From the NCBI GenBank assembly GCA_963733395.1, contig CAVTCZ010000017.1:3368-67367 (forward strand): 64,000 nucleotides of DNA. The letters run 5' to 3'. The translations under genes and the position numbers were made by a program. A model generated the notes under the pieces. That model made no database searches and was not told the origin of the DNA. It saw nothing but the letters and a program-made list of their open reading frames with translations. Every line of letters starts with the position of its first letter. The first letter of the stretch is position 1. The DNA comes from an uncultured Actinomycetota bacterium (lineage in GTDB: Bacteria; Actinomycetota; Actinomycetes; S36-B12; UBA10799). Positions 9,029 through 19,494 of the stretch are shown here, in pieces.

Positions 9029-10051
9029 GTGAGCGCGAACAGCGTCTATCGTCTGAACAACACGTCGGTCCTCTCAGTGGTAGCGCTGGAAGCACCCGAG
9101 GTCGTCACCTCTGCATCGTTCGATGACCAGTTGGAACCTACCCTGGAGCGGCTCGGCCTGCATCGCGGGATGCTGGAGCAGGTGGCCGGAATCAAGGAGC
9201 GCCGCTGGTGGCCGGAGGGCGTGACCTACTCCGAATCCGCGGCTGAGGCGGGCAAGCAGGCACTCGATGCGGCGGGCATCTCCCCGGACCAGATCGGGCT
9301 GCTGATCGACACCTCCGTGTGCCGGGCGCGCCTGGAACCCTCGTCGGCGGTGTTCGTGCACAACGCGCTGGGTCTGCCGCCCTCGTGCCTGAACTTCGAC
9401 CTCTCGAATGCGTGCCTGGGTTTCGTCAACGGCATGCAACTGGCCGGCACGATGATCGACTCCGGGCAGATCGAGTACGCGCTGATCGTGGACGCCGAGG
9501 GCAGCCGTCTGATCCAGGAGCGCACGATCGCCCGCCTGCAGGACCCCGACACCGACGTCACTGACATCCTGTCCGACTTCGCGACGCTGACCCTGGGCTC
9601 GGGAGCGGCGGCGATGGTCCTCGGCCGCACCGACACGCACCCGGACGGCCACCAATTCATCGGTGGAGTGGCGCGCGCGGTGACCGAGCACCACAACCTC
9701 TGCCTGGGCGACATGGACCGCATGGTGACCGACAGCCGTGGCCTGCTGCTGGCGGGGCTGGACGTGGCCGAGACCGCCATGAAGGAAGCCTCCCAGGACT
9801 TCGACTGGGACGACATCGACCACTACATCATCCACCAGGTATCGACCGTGCACTGCGACGCTTTGGCGCAGCGGCTGGGCCTGGACCAGGCGAAGATCCC
9901 GCTGACGTTCCCGACCCTGGGCAACATCGGTCCGGCGGCGATCCCGATCACGCTGGCGATGCACCAGGACAAGATCGCCAAGGGCGACCGCGTGCTGGTG
10001 ATGGGCATGGGCTCCGGTATCAACGCGATGGCCGCCGAGATCCGCTGGTGA
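9029..10051 (+). CDS. oleA: OleA-type thiolase (FabH-like 3-oxoacyl-ACP synthase III family)
   Basis: 340-aa intact ORF with the active-site context DLSNACLGF and a FabH-like C-terminus GNIGPAAIPITL. It sits immediately upstream of the hydrolase/AMP-ligase/SDR trio. Confidence 0.8.
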   Translation: MSANSVYRLNNTSVLSVVALEAPEVVTSASFDDQLEPTLERLGLHRGMLEQVAGIKERRWWPEGVTYSESAAEAGKQALDAAGISPDQIGLLIDTSVCRARLEPSSAVFVHNALGLPPSCLNFDLSNACLGFVNGMQLAGTMIDSGQIEYALIVDAEGSRLIQERTIARLQDPDTDVTDILSDFATLTLGSGAAAMVLGRTDTHPDGHQFIGGVARAVTEHHNLCLGDMDRMVTDSRGLLLAGLDVAETAMKEASQDFDWDDIDHYIIHQVSTVHCDALAQRLGLDQAKIPLTFPTLGNIGPAAIPITLAMHQDKIAKGDRVLVMGMGSGINAMAAEIRW

Positions 10052-12545
10052 GTCTGCCGCCGCCGGGCTTGAGCGGGCTCGATCCCGCCTGGTCCAAGGA
10101 AGTCACCGCGGTCGACTCCACCGGCGTCACCCGCACCTGGCACGTCCTGGACTCCGGGTCCGGCGAGAACGGCACTCTGCTGTGCGTCCACGGCAACCCG
10201 AGCTGGTCCTACCTGTGGCGCCGGCTGGTGGCCGCACCTCCGCAGGGCTGGCGGGTCATCGCGGTGGACCAGATGGACATGGGCTTCTCGGATCGCACCG
10301 GCACTCGTGCGCCGGCTGGCCCAACGCGTGGACGACCTCGACACCCTCACCGACGCGCTCGAGCTGACCGGGCCGGTGGTCACCGTCGCGCATGACTGGG
10401 GCGGTCCCGTCTCCCTGGGCTGGGCTCTGCGCCACACCGACCAACTCGCCGGAGTGGTGCTGTCCAACACCGGCGTGCACCAACCCGCGGAGTCCTCGGC
10501 GCCCTCGGTGATCCGGGCCGCGCGCACTCCGGGGGTTCTGACCGCCGTCACCAAGAGCACCCGCAACTTCATCCGCGGCGGGCTTTTCTTCTCCCGGCCG
10601 ATGCCGTCCGCTGAGATCCGCAAGGGGTACTACGCGCCGTACAACAAGGCCGAGCGGCGGCTGGCGATCGAGCAGTTCGTGCAGGACATCCCGTTGGAGC
10701 CCGAGCACCCCAGCGCCGCCACATTGGACGCGATCGCCGAGGGCCTGGGTGCGCTGGCAGACGTGCCGGTGCTGATGCTGTGGGGTCCGCGCGACCCGGT
10801 CTTCTCCGACATCTACCTGCGTGACCTCATCGCCCGGATGCCGCACGCCGACGTCCACCGCTACGAGGGTTCCAGCCACTTCGTGCCCGGAGGATGCGCC
10901 GACCTTCGCCGCCGATGTGGCCGCCTGGGTGCAGGACCTCGGCACCGTGCAGGAACGTCCACCGGCGCCGGCGGCGCGACCGCTGTGGGATGGCGTGGCG
11001 CAGCGACGCGGCGACCCCGCCCCGGCGGTCATCGAGTTGGGGCCGAATCCGCGCAGCATCTCGTTCGGGGACCTGCACAACCGGATCGAGAACATCGCCG
11101 CGGGGCTGGCTGCATATGGCATCAACGCCGGCGACCGGATCGCGCTGCTCGTGCAGCCCGGCGTCGACCTCACCGCGGTCCTGTACGGGCTGTGGCGCAG
11201 AGGTGCGATCGCTGTGGTCGTGGACGCGGGGCTTGGGCTGCGCGGCATCCGGACCGCTCTGCGCAGTGCCGGTCCGAGGTACGTGATCGGCGGGTTCAAG
11301 GGCCTCGCCGCGGCCCGCACGATGGGCCTGGCCGCGCAGTTCATCAGTGTGGGGGAGGCGCCGGGATTGAAGGTCGCCACCACGCTGGCCCAGCTCGAGG
11401 CGCTCGGTGCCCACTCGCCGCTGCCGGACCCGCCGCTGGCAGACCAACCCGCGGCCATCGCGTTCACCTCCGGTGCCACCGGCCCGGCCAAGGGCGTGCT
11501 GTACCTGCACGGTCAGTTGCAGGCGCAGCGGGAGGCGCTCGCGGCGCTGTACTCGATCACCGACTCCGACCGGCTGGTGGCCGCGTTCGGGCCGTTCGCG
11601 CTCATGGGCGCCGCACTGGGAATCCCCTCGGCAGTGCCGGACATGAACCTCACCGCCCCGCGAACCCTGACCGCGCAGGCGCTGGCCGAAGCGGTCGAAG
11701 CCGTCGACGCCACGATGGTGTTCGCGTCCCCGGCGGCGCTGGCCAACGTCGCCCGGACCCGCGCTGCGGTGGCGCCGATGCCGGGAGTGCGCCTGCTGCT
11801 GTCCACCGGAGCGCCGGTGCCCGCGGAATTGCTGCGCGAGGTCCTGACGATGTTCCCGTCAGCGCAGGCCCACGCGCCCTATGGCATGACCGAGGTCCTG
11901 CCCGTGGCCGACATCGGGCTCAAGGAGATGGAAGCCGCCGGCGCCGGCAACGGCACCTGCGTGGGGCATCCGGTGCCGGGCGTGACGGTGGCGGTGAGTG
12001 CCTTGGACGCTGCCGGGAACGCCACCGGCCCGTTGTCCGAGCAGCCCGGGATCACCGGCGAGGTGTGCGTGCAGGCCGCCCACATGAAGCAGCGCTACGA
12101 CCGGCTCTGGGTCACCGAACGGGCGGCGAGCAGGGACGCGGGCTGGCACCGCACCGGCGACGTCGGCCACTTCGATGCCGACGGCCGGCTCTGGATCGAA
12201 GGCCGTCTGGTCCATGTCATCGTCACCGCCGACGGACCCGTCACGCCGGTGGGTCTGGAGCGCCGGGTCGAGGCGATCCCGGCCGTCAAGCGGGCGGCGG
12301 CGGTGGGCATCGGTCCGCGCGGCGCCCAGCAGGTGGTGATGGTGGTGGAGACCGAGTCCGCACGCGCCGGTCTTGCCTCCGATGCCTTGCGGGATGTCGT
12401 GCGCGCGTCCGTCGGCGAGATCCCTGCGGTGCTGACGGTGCGCGCGCTGCCGGTGGACATCCGGCACAACTCCAAGATCGACCGGGTCCGGGTGGGCCGC
12501 TGGGCGCAGCGGGTGCTCGGCGGCGGTCGGGTGGGCAAACCATGA
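10048..12545 (+). pseudogene. oleBC: OleB-OleC fusion (alpha/beta hydrolase plus AMP-dependent synthetase), two +1 frame breaks as assembled
   Basis: The hydrolase part reads LLCVHGNPSWSYLWR...VAHDWGGPVSLGW...GSSHFVPEDAP and runs without a stop into the ligase part (FTSGATGPAKGV...). The frame changes 1 to 2 near 10305 and 2 to 3 near 10888. A fused oleBC is known from Micrococcus luteus. Confidence 0.7.
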
Positions 12546-13526
12546 AGGTCCTCGTCACCGGTTCCAGCAGCCTGCTCGGCGGCCAGATCGTCCGACAACT
12601 GGTGCAGCGCGGCGACACCGTGACGGTCATGCAGCGCAAGCCGTCCGCGGTCGCCGGTGAACTCGGGCTCGAGCAACACCTCGGTGATGTGGTCGACCCC
12701 CAGGTCGCGGCACAGGCGGTGGCGGGGGTGGACACCGTCATCCACCTGGCCGCGCGGGTGGGTGTCGTGGGTACCCGGGAACAGTTCTTCAGCACCAACG
12801 TCGTGGGTACCCGGGTCATGCTGGCGGCGGCCCAGGCGGCCGGGGTGCAGCGGTTCGTGTTCGTCTCCTCGCCGTCGGTCGCCCACACCGGCGCTGCACT
12901 GGCAGGTCACGGTGCGGACGCCGCCGACCCGCGGCACGCCAAGGGGGAGTACTCGAAGTCCAAGGCCTTGGCCGAACAAGAGGTCCTGGCCGCGGACGGT
13001 GACGGCATCACGACCATCGCCGTGCGCCCGCACCTGGTGTGGGGACCGGGCGACACCCAGCTGGTGGGCCGGATCGTCGAGCGCGCACAGCAGGGCCGGT
13101 TGGCGCTGGTCGCCGGTGGCCGCCCGCTGATCGACACCACCTACCTGGACAACGCCGCGGATGCCGTGATCGCCGCAGCGGATCGGGCCGACGCCGGGCA
13201 CGGCCGGGCCTTCATCGTCTCCAACGGCGAGCCACGCACGGTCGAGGAGATGGTCAGCCGCATCTGCGAGGCCGCCGGCGAACGACCCCCGACCCGCTCG
13301 GTTCCGCGGACGACTGGCGTGGCTGGCCGGGGCGGTCGCGGAGACCGCGTGGAAGGTGAACGGCCGCGACGACGACCCACCCATGACCCGTTTCCTGGCA
13401 GGACAACTGGGCACGGCGCACTGGTTCGACCTGCGCGAGACCCAGGACGTTCTGCAGTGGCAACCGAAAGTCAGTCTCGATGAGGGGTTCGCCCGGTTGA
13501 CGGCGTCCTTCGCGCATGGTCAGTGA
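12542..13526 (+). pseudogene. oleD: OleD-type NAD(P)-dependent epimerase/dehydratase (3-beta-HSD family), one +1 frame break near the 3' end
   Basis: MKVLVTGSSSLLGGQIV (Rossmann fold) and YSKSK are present. After ~13310 the sensible reading switches frame: ...RLAWLAGAVAETAWKVNGRDDDPPMTRFLAGQLGTAHWFDLRETQDVLQWQPKVSLDEGFARLTASFAHGQ*. Confidence 0.7.
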
Positions 13527-15990
13527 CCTGACCCACCTGCTGCCTGCGCGCGGCGAGCCCGAGGAGTTGCTCGAGCAGTTCGCGGCGTGGGCGGCCCAGG
13601 ACGGCAAGCCGCTGTATCCCGCGCAGGAGGATGCGCTGCTGGAACTGGCCTCCGGGTCGCACGTCATCCTGGCCACCCCGACCGGATCCGGGAAGAGTCT
13701 CGTGGCCGTCGGGGCCATGTTCTTCGCGCTGGCGCAGGGGCGGCGGACGTACTACACAGCACCGATCAAGGCGCTGGTCTCGGAGAAGTTCTTCGACCTG
13801 TGCGACCTGCTCGGCCCGGAGCGGGTGGGGATGCTCACCGGGGATGCGGCGGTGAATCCAGAGGCCCCGGTGATCTGTGCGACCGCCGAGGTGCTCGCGA
13901 ACCAGGCGCTGCGCGAGGGCTCGGATGCCGACGTCGGTCTGGTCTGCATGGACGAGTTCCACTACTACGGCGACCGCGATCGGGGATGGGCCTGGCAGGT
14001 CCCGCTGATCGAGCTGACCAACGCCCAGTTCCTGCTGATGTCGGCCACGCTCGGGGACACGACCCGCATCGCCGAGGACCTCACCCGCCGCACCGGGCGC
14101 CCGGCTGCGATCGTCGCCGGCGGAGACCGGCCGGTGCCCTTGCACTTCGAGTACGTGACCACGCCGATCCACCAGACCGTGGAGGTGCTGCTGGCACACG
14201 ACCGCGCGCCGGTCTACATCGTTCATCCCACGCAGGCCGGAGCGTTGGAACGGGCACAGGCGTTGATGAGCCTGAACGTGTGCACCCGCGAGGAGAAGCG
14301 GGACATCGCTGCGGCGCTCGGCGGCTTCCGGTTCCGGGCCGGCTTCGGACGCACTTTGAGCCGGCTCGTGCGCCACGGGATCGGCGTCCATCACGCGGGG
14401 ATGCTGCCCCGGTACCGGCGGCTGGTGGAGCAGTTGACACGAGCCGGACTGCTCAAGGTGGTCTGCGGCACGGACACCCTGGGTGTGGGGATCAACGTGC
14501 CGATCCGCACCGTGCTCATCACCTCGCTGGTCAAGTTCGACGGCCGCCGCATGCGGGTGCTGCGGGCCCGGGAGTTCCACCAGATAGCCGGCCGTGCGGG
14601 TCGACCTGGTTTCGACGCCGCCGGCTATGTCGTGGTGCAGGCCCCGGAGCACGAGATCGAGAACGAGAAACTGCTGGCCCGCGCCGGCGACGACCCGAAG
14701 AAGCTGCGGCGGATCGTGCGCAAGAAGGCGCCAGAAGGAATCCCGAATTGGGGCCGCGCCACCTTCGACCGGCTGGTGGTCGCCGAACCCGAGCCGCTGC
14801 AGTCACGCTTCGATGTCAGTCACGCGATGGTGTTCAACGTGGCACACCGGCCCGGCGACGTCGAGGCGGCGCTGGAGCACCTGTTGACCGACAACGACGA
14901 GGCAGCCGAAGCCCGGGAGGCGATGATCGAGCGCGCCGCGGGCATCAAGGAGTCGTTGGTGGCGGCCGGGGTGCTGACCGCCGACTTGCGCGTCGTCGAC
15001 GACCTGCAGGCCGACTTCGCCTTGAACCAACCGCTGTCCACCTTCGCGCTGGCGGCGATCGAATTGCTGGACCGGGAGTCGGAAACCTACGCCGTCGACG
15101 TGCTGTCGGTGCTGGAGGCGACGCTGGAGGACCCGCGGCAGGTGCTGTACGCCCAGCAGTCGCGAGCCCGCGGGGAAGCCGTCGCGGCGATGAAGGCCGA
15201 GGGGATCGAGTACGAGGAGCGCGTCGAACTGGTCGAGGAGATCACGTGGCCGCGTCCGCTGGCCGACCTGCTGGACAGCGCCTACGACATCTACGCCGAG
15301 GGTCATCCGTGGGTCACGGAGTACGAACTGCGGCCCAAGTCGGTGGCGCGTGAGATGTACGAGATGGCCATGACGTTCACGGAGTTCGTGGGCTTCTACA
15401 AGTTGGCGTCGTCCGAGGGGCTGGTCCTGCGCTACCTGGCCGACGCGTACAAGGCGCTGCGGCGCACCGTTCCCGAGGAGGTACGCACCGAGGAGCTCGC
15501 CGACCTCACCGAGTGGCTGGGGGAGTTGGTCCGGCAGGTCGACTCCAGCCTGCTGGACGAGTGGGAGCAACTGGTCAATCCCGCGGCGGACGTGGACTCC
15601 AGCGTGGTCGACACCGGCCCACCGCCGGTCACGGCCAACGTCCGGGCCTTCCGGGTGCTCGTGCGCAACGCGATGTTCCGCCGGGTAGAGCTCGCCGCTT
15701 TGCGCAAGTGGGACGACCTGGCCGCGCTGGACGCCGACTGGGACGCCGATCGCTGGCATGCCGCGATGGCGGACTACTACGCCGAGCACGACGAGGTGCG
15801 CACCGGTGCTGCGGCACGGGGGCCGGACTTGTTGCACATAGAGCAGCAGCCGGACAAATGGCTGGTCCGGCAGGTGTTCGACGATCCTGCGGGCGACCAC
15901 GACTGGCGGATCGAGGCCGAGGTCGACCTGGCCGCCAGCGATGAGGCCGGCACCGCGGTTGTCCGGGTGCTCGACGTGGGTATGCACTGA
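13516..15990 (+). CDS. Ski2-like DEAD/DEAH-box helicase with a DUF3516-type C-terminal region
   Basis: 824-aa intact ORF with ATPTGSGKS (Walker A), MDEFHYY (DExH) and SATLG. Confidence 0.85.
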   Translation: MVSDLTHLLPARGEPEELLEQFAAWAAQDGKPLYPAQEDALLELASGSHVILATPTGSGKSLVAVGAMFFALAQGRRTYYTAPIKALVSEKFFDLCDLLGPERVGMLTGDAAVNPEAPVICATAEVLANQALREGSDADVGLVCMDEFHYYGDRDRGWAWQVPLIELTNAQFLLMSATLGDTTRIAEDLTRRTGRPAAIVAGGDRPVPLHFEYVTTPIHQTVEVLLAHDRAPVYIVHPTQAGALERAQALMSLNVCTREEKRDIAAALGGFRFRAGFGRTLSRLVRHGIGVHHAGMLPRYRRLVEQLTRAGLLKVVCGTDTLGVGINVPIRTVLITSLVKFDGRRMRVLRAREFHQIAGRAGRPGFDAAGYVVVQAPEHEIENEKLLARAGDDPKKLRRIVRKKAPEGIPNWGRATFDRLVVAEPEPLQSRFDVSHAMVFNVAHRPGDVEAALEHLLTDNDEAAEAREAMIERAAGIKESLVAAGVLTADLRVVDDLQADFALNQPLSTFALAAIELLDRESETYAVDVLSVLEATLEDPRQVLYAQQSRARGEAVAAMKAEGIEYEERVELVEEITWPRPLADLLDSAYDIYAEGHPWVTEYELRPKSVAREMYEMAMTFTEFVGFYKLASSEGLVLRYLADAYKALRRTVPEEVRTEELADLTEWLGELVRQVDSSLLDEWEQLVNPAADVDSSVVDTGPPPVTANVRAFRVLVRNAMFRRVELAALRKWDDLAALDADWDADRWHAAMADYYAEHDEVRTGAAARGPDLLHIEQQPDKWLVRQVFDDPAGDHDWRIEAEVDLAASDEAGTAVVRVLDVGMH

Positions 15991-16015
15991 CAGCCCTGCC
16001 CGTTAGGCTTGCGCG

Positions 16016-17161
16016 ATGATGAGTCGTTGGGCCGCCGGGCTGGTCGCAGCCGGCACTCGTGCTCGCAGGGTGCACCTCCGAGCAGGCGCAACCGGTGGCT
16101 TCCAGCGCGGCGCCGTCACACACTGCCCGCAGACACCACCACCGCGCTTGAGACGCAACTGACCAAGACGCTGCAAGCGCAACGACGTGCCCGGTGGGGC
16201 CGTCGAGGTGTGCGTCCCGGGCTACGAGGACTGGGCCACGGCGCAGGGGGTTGCCGACGTCGAGACGGGCGAGCCGATGACCACGGACATGGTGTGGCCC
16301 ATCCGCAGCGTGACCAAGTCGGTCACGGTCACGCTGCTGCTCCAGCTCGTCGACGAGGGCAAGGTGAGTCTGGACGACACGATCGACCAGTGGGTCGACG
16401 GCGTGCCGAACGGCGATGAGATCACCTTGCGGCAGCTCGCGGAGATGAGCAGCGGGGTGCCGGAGTACACGACCCAGGCGTGGATCGAGGACTACGTCGC
16501 CGACCCGGAGCGGGCCTTCACGACCGAGGAGCTCATCGACTACGCGATCGCCGAGCCGGCGCAGTTCGCCGCCGGGCACGCAGAAGGTGTACACGAACAC
16601 CATCGACCCTGCTGCTCGGCCAAGTGGTGGCCGCGGAATACGGGCAGCCCTTCGACCAGGTCGTCACCGAGCAGATCATCGTGCCGCTCGGGTCTCGAGG
16701 ACACCACGTACGTGACGGCCGTCGACGAGTGGAGCGGGCCGCACCCGACGGGGTACCAGCCCGCCGACGACGGCACGCTGGAGCCGCAGGGCAACAACTT
16801 CACGGTGCTCGGACCGGCCGGCGCGATGACCTCGACCCTGACGGACCTCTGTGCCTGGGGGGACGCCCTGGGCGAGGGTTCACTGCTGGAGCCGGAGACC
16901 CAGCAGGCCCGGCTCGCCGGCGCGCCGCTGGACAAGGGACCCGAGTACGACACGTACGCGCAGGGGATCGGCACGCTGGAGGGCTGGGTCGGCCACACCG
17001 GGGAGGGCTTCGGTCACACCGTGCTGGTCATGCACAACCCGGAGTCCGGCGCCACGGCGGTGGTCGGGATGAACATCTCCAACAAGGGCAAGCACGTGCC
17101 CACGCGGTACTTCCGCAAGATCGCGCCGATCCTGGACGCGGTGCCGCCAGCCGGCGGGTGA
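16016..17161 (+). pseudogene. Serine hydrolase / class-C beta-lactamase-family lipoprotein, about six +1 frame breaks
   Basis: The lipobox signal MMSRWAAGLVAAG / ALVLAGCTSEQAQPVASSAAPS / HTLPADTTTALETQLTKTLQAQ / VPGGAVEV... needs frames 2,3,1,2. SVTK (SxxK) is at ~16310. The middle part FA / PGTQKVYTNTID / LLLGQVVAAEYGQPFDQVVTEQIIVPLG / LEDTTYV again needs frames 2,3,1,2 between ~16570 and 16695. Confidence 0.65.
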
Positions 17162-17306
17162 GCTGTTCGTCGGCAGGGCGCGGGGGTTGCCGCGGTCAGC
17201 AGCGCATCAACTGGACCCGCACCGGCGGATTCGAGCTAGCGGAACCCACCGCACCGGCGGGTACCGACCACCAGAGCCCAGGTGTCCGTATTCGGCCGTC
17301 CACCGC

Positions 17307-18074
17307 CTACGGCAGCCGGTGCGCCCGCTGACCCTTGCTGAGCAGGCGGTCCAGCCCCAGGAACAGGAAGCCGAACACCAGGCCCAGGACCACGATCACG
17401 ACGATGTTCACGCCCACTCCGGCGTAGCCCCCCAGTTCGACGCCGGGGATGAGCGGTGACGGGTCGTTGACGTCGATGAACGGGTAGGGGTACCAGTGCT
17501 GCGGCTCGCCGAGATTGGTGGCAGGCGCCTCCGGTGGCGGTGTGGTCAGGGTCAGCCCGCGCAGCAACGTGTACACGAGCCAGATGCACGGGATCAGCAG
17601 CATGTAGAACACGGTGCGCACGATGAATCGCGGTCGCGGGCCGAACAGCAGGAAGCCCAGGACCGTGGCCCACGGCGAGATGTAGTGGTAGCCGATGTTC
17701 GTGTAGACGCCCAGGCCCACCGGGTGGGCGTCCGGCGCGAGCACGATCGCATAGACGAGCCCGGTGATCGTGATCATCACCAGGCTGGTCATGCGCAGCC
17801 AGCGGAACACGTGGCCGTCGCGCTGGGGATCGGCCGCCAGTGACCAGTTCATGCTGAAGGTCAGGATGTTGCTCCACACCGTGAAGTAGCTCAAGGTGAA
17901 GACCAGCCCGTTGATGGCGCCGCCGTTGCCCTCCTGCGTCATCGCTATGCCACAACTGACGATGAAGGACAGCGTGCCGATGCTGGCGACGATCGCCCAG
18001 TAGATGCGGGCGGCCGTGACCCACGATCCGGTCGGGGTGACGGTGACGGAGGCCTGCTGCTCAGTGACAACCAT
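17307..18074 (-). CDS. Integral membrane protein (possibly Pr6Pr family)
   Basis: 255-aa intact ORF with multiple hydrophobic spans and the motifs YFTVWSN and FGPRPRF. Confidence 0.6.
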   Translation of the reverse strand: MVVTEQQASVTVTPTGSWVTAARIYWAIVASIGTLSFIVSCGIAMTQEGNGGAINGLVFTLSYFTVWSNILTFSMNWSLAADPQRDGHVFRWLRMTSLVMITITGLVYAIVLAPDAHPVGLGVYTNIGYHYISPWATVLGFLLFGPRPRFIVRTVFYMLLIPCIWLVYTLLRGLTLTTPPPEAPATNLGEPQHWYPYPFIDVNDPSPLIPGVELGGYAGVGVNIVVIVVLGLVFGFLFLGLDRLLSKGQRAHRLP

Positions 18075-18171
18075 GTGCCAAGGGTGGCCTAAGCGGGCCG
18101 ATCAAGCACGTTGTGCGCTGGACGCCTGAGTCGTGCCGCCGCTGGGGCCGTGCGCCGCAGGTTTCTGGCCG

Positions 18172-18297
18172 GCGATTGTCACGAAGATGCGACCACGATC
18201 CGTCGCTTGTCACGAAGGTGGCCGGTTGCGCGATCCAACCCGCTCACCTTCGTAACAAACCGCCGGTTGGGGGGCGTACCTTCGTCACAATCGCTGC
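18172..18297. repeat. Nested intergenic palindrome built on TGTCACGAAG-type arms
   Basis: Outer arms are GATTGTCACGAAG and CTTCGTCACAATC. Inner arms are TTGTCACGAAGGTG and CACCTTCGTAACAA. It lies between the tauE-like stop (18369) and the membrane-protein start (18074). Confidence 0.6.
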
Positions 18298-18368
18298 AGG
18301 CAGGGTCATGCCCACCCGGGAAACGCCGCCGGGGCAACGACGCTCCCCGCGCAAGCCCGGGGGGCCGG

Positions 18369-19127
18369 TTATGCCCCGGACGCCTGCGCCAGGGTGAGCA
18401 CCGACATGGCCAGTACGAGTCCGGCGAAACCCAGGCCCAGGTTGCGTTCCGACCAGCGGTTCGACCAGCGTGCCGCCAGCGCACTGCTCAGCAGCACGAA
18501 TGCCGCCACGATGATCGTCGCGGTGATGTCCAGTGCCTCCCCGGCACGCGGGATGAACGCGACGGCCGAGTTGAGCGTGATCACCAGCAGCGCGGTCGCC
18601 GTGGCCTGGTACATCCCCATCCCCATGACCAGGGCGAGGGCCGGGACGACCAGGAAGCCGCCGCCGACTCCGAAGAAGCCGGTGAACAGGCCCACCGCCG
18701 TCGCAGTGACGGCGACCAGCCACCAGGCCTTCCGGTCGCGTGCCGGGTGCGCTGCGTCCCCGTGCTCGGTGCGCAGCGCCTTGCGCAGCATGAGCGTGCC
18801 CGCGACGACCAGCACGCCGGCGAATGCCCAGAGCTGCAGGCGGTCGTCGGTGAACAGGGCCAGTCGCGACCCGGCGATGGCGCCCACCACCCCCATGGCA
18901 CTGAAGAGAACGCCCTCCCGCCAGGCCACCCGGCCTGCCCGGGCGTGCGGCAGCAGGCCGCCGATGGCGCCGATGCCCACGACCACCAGGGAGGTCGTTC
19001 CGGCTTCATCGGCGGGAGTGCCTGCGGCCACCAGCAACGGGACCGCGAGGATGCCGCCACCGCCGCCGAACAGGCCCAGGGACAGGCCCAGGGCCACCCC
19101 GATGAGCGCGTACTCGAACAGTTCCAC
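18369..19127 (-). CDS. TauE/SafE-family sulfite/anion exporter
   Basis: 252-aa intact ORF, very hydrophobic, with the duplicated motifs GGGGGILAVPLL and GVGGGFLVVPAL. Confidence 0.85.
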   Translation of the reverse strand: MELFEYALIGVALGLSLGLFGGGGGILAVPLLVAAGTPADEAGTTSLVVVGIGAIGGLLPHARAGRVAWREGVLFSAMGVVGAIAGSRLALFTDDRLQLWAFAGVLVVAGTLMLRKALRTEHGDAAHPARDRKAWWLVAVTATAVGLFTGFFGVGGGFLVVPALALVMGMGMYQATATALLVITLNSAVAFIPRAGEALDITATIIVAAFVLLSSALAARWSNRWSERNLGLGFAGLVLAMSVLTLAQASGA

Positions 19128-19133
19128 GGTGGC

Positions 19134-19487
19134 CTAGGCGATCCTGCCCGGCCGGCCGCGCCGGTCCAGCACCTGACCGCCGGCAGACTCCCAGGCGCGC
19201 ATGCCGCCGGACAGCGTGAAGGCCTCATAGCCCTGCTTGCGCAACTGCGAGGTGACCCCGCGCGAACGGCTGCCGGAGCGGCAGACCACGACGATGTCCT
19301 TGCTCTTGGCCAGCCGGTTGAGCCGCGACTGGACCTGGCTGCTCGGGATGTGCGTTGCCTGCGGTGCGTGTCCGGCGTTCCACTCGCCGGTCTCCCGGAC
19401 GTCGATCAGCTGCGCTCCCGCGCGTACCCATTCCCGGGCATCGGTGCCGGACACGGACGGCACCTTGAACCGGTCGAAGAGTCCCAT
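19134..19487 (-). CDS. Rhodanese-domain sulfurtransferase
   Basis: 117 aa with the active-site loop VVVCRSGSRS. Confidence 0.8.
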   Translation of the reverse strand: MGLFDRFKVPSVSGTDAREWVRAGAQLIDVRETGEWNAGHAPQATHIPSSQVQSRLNRLAKSKDIVVVCRSGSRSRGVTSQLRKQGYEAFTLSGGMRAWESAGGQVLDRRGRPGRIA

Positions 19488-19494
19488 GATCGCC

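Noticed and set aside
10307-13483. 1058-aa ORF spanning the ole cluster
   Set aside because: It is a chimera. Only the OleB segment (10307-~10888) and the OleD segment (from 12542) are in a meaningful frame. The OleC stretch in this frame is Arg/Gly/Pro-rich nonsense, and the true OleC frame is ORF 10821-12545.
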